64,000 bases of DNA, from assembly GCA_965541585.1 (NCBI GenBank), contig CBEUCH010000005.1, positions 150,245 through 214,244 of the forward strand. Reading direction: 5' to 3'. The DNA comes from an uncultured bacterium (GTDB taxonomy: Bacteria > Zixibacteria > MSB-5A5 > UBA10806). Shown here in pieces: positions 9,778 through 19,226 of the stretch (positions within the stretch are counted from its first letter, which is position 1; every line of letters begins with the position of its first letter). Made by a program: the position numbers and the translations under genes. The notes under the pieces were generated by a model that saw only the letters and a program-made list of their open reading frames with translations, did no database searches and was not told the DNA's origin.

Positions 9778-9857
9778 AAACCGCTAATCCCGGATTCTCA
9801 AAACTATATTCCCTTGAAAAAAATAAGTTCTATGAAATTAATCCAGGATTATGGGGA
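9778..9857. repeat. Imperfect 80-bp direct repeat, copy B (partner at 7631-7710)
   Basis: See copy A; contains palindromes AATCC-C-GGATT (9786-9796) and TAATCC-A-GGATTA (9839-9851). Confidence 0.9.
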
Positions 9858-9959
9858 AACTTTTGACACTCTTCGCAAATTAATCGAAGTGTTTTCGCGA
9901 GCTTTAAAAAGATGAACTATAAGCCCAACGGAGACTTCGAGCTCAAAGGATGTTTTATG

Positions 9960-11885
9960 TTACTTCTTTTCTTCCTTATCGTCGTCCACCACCTCGAAAT
10001 CGGCGTCCACGGCGCCCTCGTCGCCTTTGCCTTCGTCCTTTTTCGGTGGTTCCTCGGATGCCTGAGCTTGCGGCCCGCCGGCCCCGGCCTGCTGTTTATA
10101 CATCTGCTCGGCCATCTTATGCGATGCCTGCATCATCTCGTCGACTGCCTTGTTGATTTCCTCCGGATCGGACGAATTCTTCACCGTTGTGGCCTTATCA
10201 ATGGCTTCCTTTATTTTTGCCTTCTCATCATCGGAGAGCTTATCACCAAATTCCTTCAGACTTTTCTCGACTTGATAGATGGCGGAATCGGCTTTGTTGC
10301 GGGCCTCGGTGAGTTCCCTGGTCTTTTTGTCTTCGGCAGCATTCGCCTCGGCGTCTTTGACCATTTTGTCTACCTCTGCCTCGGAGAGACCGGATGACGA
10401 TTCAATCTTGATCGATTGCTCCTTACCGGTCCCGAGATCTTTGGCCGAGACATGGAAAATGCCGTTGGCATCGATATCGAAAGTCACCTCGATCTGCGGC
10501 ATTCCACGAGGCGCCGGCGGAAGTCCGATCAGGTCGAACCGCCCCAGCGTCCTGTTATAAACCGCCATCTCCCGCTCCCCCTGCAGGACATGGATAGAAA
10601 CCGCTGTCTGGTTATCTGCCGCGGTCGAGAATATCTGAGATTTCTTTGACGGAATGGTGGTATTTCGCTCGATGAGCTTGGTGAATACCGCCCCCAGAGT
10701 CTCGATCCCGAGCGAAAGAGGGGTTACATCGAGTAAGAGAACATCCTTCACATCACCGGAGAGAACACCGGCCTGGATTGCAGCTCCGATTGCGACTACC
10801 TCATCGGGATTGACACCCTTATGCGGCTCGCGGCCAAATAGTTCCTTTACAACCTCCTGAACTTTCGGCATGCGGGTCATTCCACCGACAAGTATGACCT
10901 CGTCGATGTCCGATTGAGAAACTTTGGCATCGGCCAGCGCCTTCTTGCAGGGCTCCACAACCCGTCCGACAAGATCATCCACGAGCTGCTCAAGCTTTGC
11001 CCTGGTCAACGTTAAATCGAGATGTTTGGGGCCGGATTGATCTGCAGTTATGAATGGCAGATTCAACGAGGTCTGCGTGGTAGTGGAGAGTTCGCATTTG
11101 GCCTTCTCGGCAGCCTCTTTCAGCCTTTGCAGGGCCATGCGGTCCTGTCTTAGGTCTATCCCCTGACTCTTCTTGAACTCGTCTGCCATCCAGTCGATTA
11201 TTCTCTGGTCAAAATCATCTCCGCCCAGATGTGTATCGCCATTCGTGGAACGCACCTCGAACACGCCATCCCCCAACTCGAGTATGGAAACATCGAAGGT
11301 CCCGCCACCCAGATCGAAAACCGCTATCTTCTGATCTTTCTTTTTTTCGAGACCGTATGCCAGCGATGCCGCCGTCGGCTCGTTGATTATACGCAAGACC
11401 TCCAGGCCCGCAATCCTGCCGGCGTCCTTGGTCGCCTGACGCTGGGAATCGTTGAAATAGGCCGGCACGGTAATCACCGCCTGTTTGACCTCGCCGCCAA
11501 GATAGTCCTCGGCCGTCTTTTTGAGATACTGCAGGATCATAGCTGAGATCTCCGGCGGTGCAAATTCCTTACCCTCGGCAGCTACACGGCAATCATCGTT
11601 GGGCGCCCCGACGACCTTGTAAGGGACCAGTTTCTCCTCCTGAGAAACTTCCGAGTGACGTCGGCCCATAAACCGTTTAATGGAGAATATGGTGTTTTCA
11701 GGGTTGGTTATCGCCTGACGTTTAGCCACCTGTCCCACCAGCCTCTGGCCGTCTTTAGCAAACGCCACTATAGACGGCGACGTGCGGCCTCCCTCCGGAT
11801 TGGGGATCACGACCGGATCGCCGGCCTCCATAACAGCCACGCAGGAGTTAGTCGTTCCCAGATCAATGCCTATTACCTTGCTCAT
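9960..11885 (-). CDS. dnaK: Chaperone DnaK (Hsp70)
   Basis: [33 protein letters not shown]. Confidence 0.99.
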   Translation of the reverse strand: MSKVIGIDLGTTNSCVAVMEAGDPVVIPNPEGGRTSPSIVAFAKDGQRLVGQVAKRQAITNPENTIFSIKRFMGRRHSEVSQEEKLVPYKVVGAPNDDCRVAAEGKEFAPPEISAMILQYLKKTAEDYLGGEVKQAVITVPAYFNDSQRQATKDAGRIAGLEVLRIINEPTAASLAYGLEKKKDQKIAVFDLGGGTFDVSILELGDGVFEVRSTNGDTHLGGDDFDQRIIDWMADEFKKSQGIDLRQDRMALQRLKEAAEKAKCELSTTTQTSLNLPFITADQSGPKHLDLTLTRAKLEQLVDDLVGRVVEPCKKALADAKVSQSDIDEVILVGGMTRMPKVQEVVKELFGREPHKGVNPDEVVAIGAAIQAGVLSGDVKDVLLLDVTPLSLGIETLGAVFTKLIERNTTIPSKKSQIFSTAADNQTAVSIHVLQGEREMAVYNRTLGRFDLIGLPPAPRGMPQIEVTFDIDANGIFHVSAKDLGTGKEQSIKIESSSGLSEAEVDKMVKDAEANAAEDKKTRELTEARNKADSAIYQVEKSLKEFGDKLSDDEKAKIKEAIDKATTVKNSSDPEEINKAVDEMMQASHKMAEQMYKQQAGAGGPQAQASEEPPKKDEGKGDEGAVDADFEVVDDDKEEKK

Positions 11886-12004
11886 TTTATTATCATCCTC
11901 CCTTAATTATCATAACATGAATATTATCAGCAAAAATGTCCAGCAATAAAACAGCTTCTATCTGATCATCCGGCAGATTGTCACAGACCATAAATCTCGT
12001 ATAG

Positions 12005-12502
12005 CTACTTTTTCTTCCTTCGCGCTCCGGTAACTCTCATATGAATGTTGGCCAGTATACACCCATTGATTAAATTGCTGACCAGCCCTGCCAGGGCCAG
12101 GCTCCTGGCAACGGTGCCCGGCATCATGGTCGTATAGCCGGTATGGACGGCATAGGGCAGATCCGCCGCCAGAAAAAGAAATCCTCCTATCAACAGGCCG
12201 CGGACTATCCATCTCGATGGCAGATGCGGCAGAATAATCGTATACACCAGGGTCAAAGCGAAAATAGCGATAAACATCACAATTAGAAAAATCAGGGGGA
12301 AATAATCGGGCTGGTAAAACGCAAAATAACCTCGCATGCCCGCATAAGCGTCAGCGTTAAAGCTCTTCTGAATAAGCACAAAAAGCCTGTTGATGACCGT
12401 TACCGGTATGGAAACCAGGACCGTCGTCCACCAAACGGCCTTCCAGTCAATTGCTATTGCTTTTACCATTTCTTTTCCCTGCTTAACGAATTTTAGAAAC
12501 AA
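12005..12502 (-). CDS. Hypothetical integral membrane protein (about 4 TM segments)
   Basis: Several hydrophobic stretches, basic C-terminus; start could be the later MVKAIA. Confidence 0.7.
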   Translation of the reverse strand: MFLKFVKQGKEMVKAIAIDWKAVWWTTVLVSIPVTVINRLFVLIQKSFNADAYAGMRGYFAFYQPDYFPLIFLIVMFIAIFALTLVYTIILPHLPSRWIVRGLLIGGFLFLAADLPYAVHTGYTTMMPGTVARSLALAGLVSNLINGCILANIHMRVTGARRKKK

Positions 12503-12526
12503 GCCCTCCGAAATAAAAGAACGCGG

Positions 12527-13357
12527 TCAATTGGGAAAATCAAGATGTTGTTCGGCCGCCCTTTTTACGCGACTCAGATGCTTTTTGGCTACGAAAAAAT
12601 CACCGATTTCGATAATGACCTGCGAATAAAACCAGCCCCAGAAACCATCATAGTCAGCGCGCATCACTACATTGATCCTGGTCCTGTTGTCCCCGGCCTC
12701 CTTGAAATAATAGCCGCCATACATGCAGTTTATTCCGAGCTTCGGAAATTTGGGATCCGACCCGATGTCGAAGGTGATGCTCTTGCCGGGCTCCACGTTC
12801 ACTACCCTGCCGATCAGGAAATCATTGCCGACGCTCAACTCCGGAAGGTTATCCATGAGCCTTTCCAATTCTCTCTTCCCACCGAAATCAAGAAAACTCC
12901 ATCCATACGATTCAGCTTCCGGCAGTTGCCGGACCCAGCGGAAAATATATTCCGGGGGAGCATTCACCTCCATTGTCCTGACCGTTCTTACGTCGGCGTC
13001 AGGGCAATACATGTCGGCCTCATATTCAGTATCGATCTCCTCCTGAGTAGAGCCCCAGTTGTTCCATGAGGGAGCCAAAATTATTTTGAAATAACCTATC
13101 GCAACAATAATCAGAATTGCAAAAAAGAAAATGATCTTGATCGCCTTGAAATCGGGATTGAACAGATAAACCACCCGATAAACCATGTGTCCCAGCCAGA
13201 TCATAACCAGAAGAGCACCCAGGATAGCCCAGAACATCAGATACACGATCTTCCCTGTAAATAAGAGTATCGCAGCAATTACAGCCCAAATGAGAATGCT
13301 GAATACGTACCTAATCAGCGTTATCAAATATCCTCCAATATCGCCGGCCCCCCGCAC
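12527..13357 (-). CDS. Membrane protein with C-terminal SRPBCC/START-like domain
   Basis: Three N-terminal TM helices, then WNNWGSTQEEI...VRTMEVNAPPEYIFRWVRQL typical of SRPBCC-like proteins; start uncertain. Confidence 0.65.
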   Translation of the reverse strand: MRGAGDIGGYLITLIRYVFSILIWAVIAAILLFTGKIVYLMFWAILGALLVMIWLGHMVYRVVYLFNPDFKAIKIIFFFAILIIVAIGYFKIILAPSWNNWGSTQEEIDTEYEADMYCPDADVRTVRTMEVNAPPEYIFRWVRQLPEAESYGWSFLDFGGKRELERLMDNLPELSVGNDFLIGRVVNVEPGKSITFDIGSDPKFPKLGINCMYGGYYFKEAGDNRTRINVVMRADYDGFWGWFYSQVIIEIGDFFVAKKHLSRVKRAAEQHLDFPN

Positions 13358-13649
13358 TTACAAGAACCGCAAATGTGGATTCAATCATAATAAATCGTCA
13401 TTGAAATTTCAAGGTAAAGATAATGCCGGTTTGCAGAATGGCCGGATCGGTCAGATGATCACCAAACCGGGATAAGGATCTCCTGCCCTTCCTGCAGCGC
13501 TCCCCAATCCCGGCATCCGGATAATCCGAGCGCAATCGTCTGGCCTTTTGTGCCGGCCCTGACGACTAAAGGTAGCGCCCGGGTTGAGATTTAGAAAAAA
13601 CTTTCCGCCTCGATATTTAAGACTACAGCAGGGTAGAAGACCCCGGGGT

Positions 13650-13871
13650 CTACAACTTCTCGATGGCGCTGAAGATCTCGTCATGTTCGGGAAATCTTCC
13701 CGTCTCCTTCTTGGAGAAGATCTTCTTACCGTCTACGACAACCTCGAAGACTCCCCCGTCTGATTTTATCAATTCGGGCTTGACGCCGAATTTATTCTCA
13801 ATTGCATCCGCCAGACTGACGGCATTGGGATCGTAATTTCAGACTACGCAGTACTCAATGGACACGTCCAA
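13650..13871 (-). CDS. Rdx family (SelW/SelT/SelH-like) selenoprotein, 73 aa, CxxU motif
   Basis: GGAGG-9 nt-TTG; MDVSIEYCVV-TGA(13839-13841)-NYDPNAVSLADAIENKFGVKPELIKSDGGVFEVVVDGKKIFSKKETGRFPEHDEIFSAIEKL; IEYCxxU, GGVFEV, FSK...GRFP are Rdx hallmarks. Not in ORF track. Confidence 0.93.
13808..13822 (-). promoter_or_regulatory. Putative bacterial SECIS hairpin
   Basis: CCGUCA-GUC-UGGCGG stem-loop whose G-U-containing loop begins 22 nt after the in-frame UGA. Confidence 0.7.
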
Positions 13872-13994
13872 CTTATCATACCTCCTTATTCTCTTATCCT
13901 GCAACACATTCATGAGAACCGAACGCCCGGTGGACGGGTTCCCCGCTCAATATGTGATTCAACTCTCCACTAAATGCAATATTGCCAGTGACGT

Positions 13995-14507
13995 TCATTT
14001 ATCTTTCGAAGATGCCACGACCACTCTTGCGTGCCTTATGACTTTATCATTTATCAGGTATCCCGGCGAGACGACACTTATAACGGTGCCCTCTTCCTCT
14101 TCCGACGGCGATTGCATGACAGCATCATGATAGACGGGATCGAACCGCTCACCGAGCGCTTCCATAGACCTGACACCTTTTTTCTTTAATGTAGTTAACA
14201 GCTTTTCGTATATCAGCTTCATCCCCGGCAGGAAATTCTCATCCTCCCCTGTCTGCTTATCATTATCCACGCTCGTCGATTCCAGCGCCCGCTGAAAATC
14301 GTCCAGAATCCCCAGCAGTTCCAGAATTAATTCCTCGTTTGCATTCTTGATGATTTCTGCATATTGCCTGGCAGATCTTTTCCTGAAATTATCAAACTCG
14401 GCCGCCAGGCGGATATACCTTTCCTCGTCTTCCTCCGCCGCCGGTGATTTCAGCAATCCTGTTTTATACGCGGCCAGTTCGGCCGCCGGGTGTATCTTTT
14501 TCGACAT
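13995..14507 (-). CDS. grpE: Nucleotide exchange factor GrpE
   Basis: RLAAEFDNFRKR, LDDFQRA, FDPVYHDA, GYLINDKVIRHARVVV; start placed at MSKKIHP. Confidence 0.96.
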   Translation of the reverse strand: MSKKIHPAAELAAYKTGLLKSPAAEEDEERYIRLAAEFDNFRKRSARQYAEIIKNANEELILELLGILDDFQRALESTSVDNDKQTGEDENFLPGMKLIYEKLLTTLKKKGVRSMEALGERFDPVYHDAVMQSPSEEEEGTVISVVSPGYLINDKVIRHARVVVASSKDK

Positions 14508-14571
14508 TGCTACAACTCCACAACCCAGCAAAGTTAGTTATTTATTAGAGGTAATAAATGATGTCAAGCAT

Positions 14572-15618
14572 CTATTCGGATAAAATCTCGGAAAGTCTCT
14601 TAGCCGTATAATCAACTACCCCCATCAATTTGGAATATGGCATCCTGGTAGGGCCAATAACACCCAGGATACCTCTGAACTTTCCGGCAGAATAAGTCGA
14701 TGATAAAAGCGATAGCCGTTCGATATTTCTCGAATCATGGGCTTTCTTGCCGCCTTCCACGCCGATAGTAACGGTTATCCCCTCCATTATTCCCGCTCGC
14801 GACACCAGCTCAAACACGGTTTGTCTTTCTTCTATCAGATCGAAAAGCTCGCGGGCCTTGGTGGGATCTTTGAATTCGGGCTGATTCAAGATATATCGGG
14901 CATCCCCCAGATGAACCTCGGCCCCCTCCGAGAATTTCAAAAGTGTCTCTGCCGATTCTATAAACATTTTTATTAGACGAGGGTCCCCCATAGTTGGCTC
15001 GGCCAGCCGTCCTTCTATGGTCATCCTCATCTCACCGATTGTCAGGCCGCAGAGTCTCTCGTTCAATACAGTTGCCGTATCTGAAAGGGCAACATCGCTA
15101 AGATCCGTCTCCACTTCCAGCAGCACAGTTTTCGCCAGACCCGATTTCATTGCCAGCACAACCAATACTCGCCGTTCTGCAACCGGAATCAATTCCAGCC
15201 GTGTTATGATACCGGATTCGAATTTCGGTGAGATGGTAACCCCGAGTTGGCTCGAAACGCTTCCCAGCACTCGCGATGTTTGTTCCAGCACCTGGTCTAT
15301 TCCCGAATACTCCTTTTTAATATTATTGCGGATTTTCTCCCGATCAACTAACGAGAGTTTCTCGGGCTGAAGGAGATAATCGACATACAAGCGATATCCC
15401 TGGGCAGTGGGTACTCTCCCCGCAGATGTATGGGGCTGATTCACAAGCCCCATCTCTTCCAAATCCTTAATGGTGTTTCTGATTGTTGCAGGCGACAGAC
15501 CCAGGTCGTACGTTTTCGCCAGAACCCTGGATGCCACCGGTTCGGCCTGGGTTATATAGTGGTCTATCAGGACCTTTAGAATCTGGCTTTCTCTGTCCGA
15601 AAGATTCTCAAACGACAT
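14572..15618 (-). CDS. hrcA: Heat-inducible transcription repressor HrcA
   Basis: EPVAS, SPATIRN, QPHTSAGRVPT, GYRLYVD, GVIGPTRMPY. Confidence 0.97.
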   Translation of the reverse strand: MSFENLSDRESQILKVLIDHYITQAEPVASRVLAKTYDLGLSPATIRNTIKDLEEMGLVNQPHTSAGRVPTAQGYRLYVDYLLQPEKLSLVDREKIRNNIKKEYSGIDQVLEQTSRVLGSVSSQLGVTISPKFESGIITRLELIPVAERRVLVVLAMKSGLAKTVLLEVETDLSDVALSDTATVLNERLCGLTIGEMRMTIEGRLAEPTMGDPRLIKMFIESAETLLKFSEGAEVHLGDARYILNQPEFKDPTKARELFDLIEERQTVFELVSRAGIMEGITVTIGVEGGKKAHDSRNIERLSLLSSTYSAGKFRGILGVIGPTRMPYSKLMGVVDYTAKRLSEILSE

Positions 15619-15728
15619 TCGCTACAATTACCTCCCGCCCTAATATATCCAATGTTAATACCTAGTCAAGCAGATTAAGGTCTCCAGATGCAAATGTATT
15701 TCGGTGTAATACGTTATATTCCATTAAC

Positions 15729-17405
15729 TTACAGTTTTCCCGATCTAAGGATGGAGATCACGAGACCAGCTCCCAGTATACCGGCAAATAAAAATCCCAC
15801 AAGGCCCAACAGCGGCAGGCCATAGATCTTTATACCTACATCCAGCGTCAAGATCAGCGATGAACCCACGATAATGGCCGCTATAACTAATGCGAAGGCC
15901 AATCGATTTGTCGATCTATCCAGCTCAATTGTCAGTCTGTCGAGGCCCCGAATCTCAAGTCCGAGCCGTGCCTTACCCTTGTTCAGCTTGCTGGCAAATT
16001 GACGTGCCTCGGCAGGGAATCTGCTTGCAAAATCGCGCAGTTCTGTCAGACCCATTTTCAATTCCTTGAGAATCTGCGGAAGGCCGATTCTTTTAAGCGC
16101 CAGCTTTTGTACGTATGGAGAGGCGCTCTTGATAAGATCGTATCCGGGATCGAGCTGACGGGCAACCTCCTCATAGGTTACCAACGCTTTGCCAAAAACC
16201 ATAAATTCTGATTTTACCTGCAGATCATGCCGATGAACGATTTCGAAGAACTCGTCGAACAATGTGGCCATATCGATCCGCGCCAGAGGAATCTTATGAT
16301 AACGGACCAAAAGCTCGCTGATATCCGTCTCCAGCGCCTGCTGATTTACATATTCCGGCAGAATACCAGCCCGGGAAAAGGTATAGACTAATGATTGGGC
16401 ATCGCCGGCAACTACTGATGTCAGTATTTCGCTGAGTTCGCTTAATTGCGAATCCGAGAGTACGCCTACCATGCCATAATCCACGGGAGCTATGCGACCG
16501 TCGGGAGTTATGAAAAGATTGCCCGGATGAGGATCGGCATGGAAGAATCCGTGTTCGAAAACCATCAGGAAGACCATATCCCCGCCCCTGCGGCAAATCT
16601 CCTGCGGGTCGATACCCGATTCTTTCAGTTTCTCGATATCCGTGATCTTGATGCCGTCTATCCGTTCCATTGTGATCATCCGTCTGGTAGTGTAATCCCA
16701 GAAAACCTCCGGCACGAAAATCCCCTCGTCCTTCTGGAAATTGCGGGAGAATATCTCTATATTACGGGCTTCATACAGGAAATTGATTTCCTTGCGAGTT
16801 GATCGAGCCAGTTCATCGACAAGGCCAACAGGCTCGTATTGCCTGCTCTCCGGGACATGTTTTTCCAGGAGTTGAGCCATATCCCGAAGGATAACCATAT
16901 CGGCATCGATGATCTTTCTAATGCCGGGCCGCTGTATCTTGACCACGACCTTTGTACCGTCATGCAACTCAGCGTTATGAACCTGGGAAAGCGAGGCGGA
17001 AGCAACCGGGATCTTATCGAAAAATGCAAAGGCCTTTTTAATCTCGCAACCGAGATTCTCTTCGATGGCTGCTCTGGCAACCTCCCAATCCAGCGACGAT
17101 ACCTGATCATGAAGCTTGCTCAACTCCACCACCAGCTCATAAGGGATCAGAAACGGTCTCATGGACAATACCTGCCCCAGCTTGACAAAAGTAGGCCCGA
17201 GTTCTTCAAGCGCCATCCTGATCCGGGCGGAGAAGGAAATCTCCTCCGATGGCTTTCTCCTGAATATTCGTTTTCCGAATTTTAATGCTCTTCCCAGATT
17301 AAGGCGGTCTATAATTTCACCGAAACCGTATTTCATGAAAACCCGGGCTATCGTTCGGTAGCGCCTGATATTCCTTATAGTCAGATCCGGTCTGGGGATT
17401 GTCAT
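15729..17405 (-). CDS. AarF/ABC1/UbiB family kinase-like protein
   Basis: LGPTFVKLGQ, ASASLSQVH, VVKIQRP, FFHADPHPGN, DYGMVG, two C-terminal TM helices. Confidence 0.93.
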   Translation of the reverse strand: MTIPRPDLTIRNIRRYRTIARVFMKYGFGEIIDRLNLGRALKFGKRIFRRKPSEEISFSARIRMALEELGPTFVKLGQVLSMRPFLIPYELVVELSKLHDQVSSLDWEVARAAIEENLGCEIKKAFAFFDKIPVASASLSQVHNAELHDGTKVVVKIQRPGIRKIIDADMVILRDMAQLLEKHVPESRQYEPVGLVDELARSTRKEINFLYEARNIEIFSRNFQKDEGIFVPEVFWDYTTRRMITMERIDGIKITDIEKLKESGIDPQEICRRGGDMVFLMVFEHGFFHADPHPGNLFITPDGRIAPVDYGMVGVLSDSQLSELSEILTSVVAGDAQSLVYTFSRAGILPEYVNQQALETDISELLVRYHKIPLARIDMATLFDEFFEIVHRHDLQVKSEFMVFGKALVTYEEVARQLDPGYDLIKSASPYVQKLALKRIGLPQILKELKMGLTELRDFASRFPAEARQFASKLNKGKARLGLEIRGLDRLTIELDRSTNRLAFALVIAAIIVGSSLILTLDVGIKIYGLPLLGLVGFLFAGILGAGLVISILRSGKL

Positions 17406-17459
17406 CCGGCAAAAGCTCCGCTCAGAATGATTTTAAGATCAGCAGCCTTATCATGAGCA

Positions 17460-17488
17460 ATTCTAACGGTTTCAGACACAGCGGTCAA
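17460..17488 (-). promoter_or_regulatory. Sigma70-like promoter for UbiB-family gene
   Basis: TTGACC-17 nt-TAGAAT. Confidence 0.6.
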
Positions 17489-17792
17489 CTGTTTTTGGCT
17501 TTTCCGGGAGGCGTCTCAAACAATAATCTTATTTACCACTGAAACTTCATCAAGAAAACCTATAACTCCCAACCTCACCGGATCATCAGGCATCAAGGGC
17601 CACTAAAACAGTATCTTCAGATAAGAATGCAAACAGGCTGCCGATTTATGATCTCATTCGCCAGGTCAGGCAAACTGTGAACCACAGAAAATTATATGCG
17701 GTGTTCACACATAATATTACTGGAGACGGTGAGTAAAGCTCGGTCAAACGATATCTTATAGGACATGGGGCGGCTGCTCTGTCCAGTTGATA

Positions 17793-18350
17793 CTAATTGA
17801 CCTTTTTCTCAAGATCCGCGACTTTCGCTGAGAGCTTTTCGATTTTTTCTGCCAGAGTTGACATCTGATCGTCGAATCTGGCTGAGAATTTCTGAGTAAA
17901 TCTACCGGCGATCTCCTCTACTCTTTCCTTCAACTTCCCGGCACTGTCTTTCGATTTTTCGACGAAATTCTTTATCGCCTCGGATCTTTCATCACTGGTC
18001 ATTTCTCCTCTCTTGACCATCTCGTCGAACATCTCCTCCACCTTCTCGCGAGTCATTTTGACGGCGCCGATTGAAGCAAGGGTGAGTTTTTTCAATACAT
18101 CCATGGCTCCGACTCCTCCTTTTTTGATAATTGCGTAGACGATCTTCATTCCCGATTTCTTGAAGTCCCCGGCGGTCTCGCCAACTATGCTGGAGAGCAC
18201 TGCTATGGTGATATCCCGGCCGGAGGCATTGTCGATGATTTTTAAGTCTATATCCCGCAGGACGTAATCTCTGATATCCATCATGGTGATGGCTTTTTTT
18301 AGCTCTGTATCGTAGAGCCGTCGATTGCGGTACCTTTTGATGAGCCTCAT
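17793..18350 (-). CDS. PhaR-type DNA-binding domain fused to phasin-like (PhaF/PhaI-type) domain
   Basis: N-term MRLIKRYRNRRLYDT...IT..DI...IIDN.SG.DIT (PhaR N domain); C-term LKKLTLASIGAV..TREKVEE.FDEMVKRGEM coiled coil (phasin-like). Confidence 0.85.
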   Translation of the reverse strand: MRLIKRYRNRRLYDTELKKAITMMDIRDYVLRDIDLKIIDNASGRDITIAVLSSIVGETAGDFKKSGMKIVYAIIKKGGVGAMDVLKKLTLASIGAVKMTREKVEEMFDEMVKRGEMTSDERSEAIKNFVEKSKDSAGKLKERVEEIAGRFTQKFSARFDDQMSTLAEKIEKLSAKVADLEKKVN

Positions 18351-18362
18351 ATATATATTATA

Positions 18363-18375
18363 GTGCACTGCACCA
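18363..18375. promoter_or_regulatory. Putative PhaR operator overlapping own promoter
   Basis: Palindrome GTGCA-C-TGCAC (TGC-N3-GCA core) directly adjacent to the minus-strand -10 TATAAT. Confidence 0.6.
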
Positions 18376-18400
18376 TAAAAGTTTCAAAATTTTTATGCCC

Positions 18401-19141
18401 CTACCAGCCTCCGGTAGCTCCTCCACCGCCACCTCCGCCGCCACCGAAGCCTCCAAAACCACCGCCGAATCCCCCGCCACCGAAGCCTCCGCCGGAACGA
18501 CGAGGTCCGCCCATGACGCCGAGCAACAATAGCCAGAATAATCCGGAACGGCGACCACGTCTGGAGAAGGCCATAATAATGATCATGGCTATGAAAATCA
18601 GCGATCCGATGCCCCTCTTTCCTCTTGCCGTTCTTCTGGGGGGAGCCGCCGTCATATCCGCCCCGAGGATACTTCCGATTCTGATCGTAGCAGCCAATAT
18701 TCCCCCGCCATAGTCGCCCTGCTGGAACCTCGGCACTATCTCCTCCCGGCCTATCTGCCCTAATAAACCATCGGGAAGGTCGCCTTCCAGCCCGTAGCCG
18801 GTCTCGAATCGGTAAGCCTTTAAGCCGGTGGCCTCGTCCATAACAATCAGCAACACCAGACCCTCGTCCTGGCCCTTTTGCCCAACTCCCCAGCCGGTGA
18901 GATAGGCCAACGCCATTTCCTCGATACCACCGTATTCGTCGAGCGAATTCCGGGTAATTACGGCAAACTCCACGCCCGTGCTGGTTTTGATCGATGCCAG
19001 GACCCCGGTTAGCCGGTTGATGCTACTCCCCTCCAGAAGGCCCGCATAATCGGAGACCCATCCCAATGGCCGGGGGATGCCGGCCAGAGAAATCGAGGAT
19101 AAAATTATTAGTATGATAACAGCGGCTGTTAGACTTTTCAT
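18401..19141 (-). CDS. TPM domain (YgcG-like) membrane protein
   Basis: Signal peptide, WVSDYAGLL, WGVGQKG, ETGYGLEGDLPD, Gly-rich tail ending GGATGGW. Confidence 0.92.
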   Translation of the reverse strand: MKSLTAAVIILIILSSISLAGIPRPLGWVSDYAGLLEGSSINRLTGVLASIKTSTGVEFAVITRNSLDEYGGIEEMALAYLTGWGVGQKGQDEGLVLLIVMDEATGLKAYRFETGYGLEGDLPDGLLGQIGREEIVPRFQQGDYGGGILAATIRIGSILGADMTAAPPRRTARGKRGIGSLIFIAMIIIMAFSRRGRRSGLFWLLLLGVMGGPRRSGGGFGGGGFGGGFGGFGGGGGGGGGATGGW

Positions 19142-19179
19142 TCATGCATTATATTAAATCGTTCACGAGAGGGTCAAAC

Positions 19180-19203
19180 AAAAAAACCGCGGATTCTCCG
19201 CGG
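19180..19203 (-). terminator. Intrinsic terminator after response regulator
   Basis: CCGCGGA-GAA-TCCGCGG followed by T7. Confidence 0.85.
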
Positions 19204-19226
19204 AGCCTCAGATTCTATAAATCAGA

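Noticed and set aside
13451..13684. 77-aa minus-strand ORF in track
   Set aside because: Overlaps the real selenoprotein 3' end in another frame; composition not protein-like.
17489..17792. 300-nt spacer between phasin fusion and UbiB promoter
   Set aside because: Only short ORFs and no convincing structure or repeat seen.
18363..18713. Proline-rich plus-strand ORF
   Set aside because: Reverse complement of the Gly-rich tail of the TPM gene.
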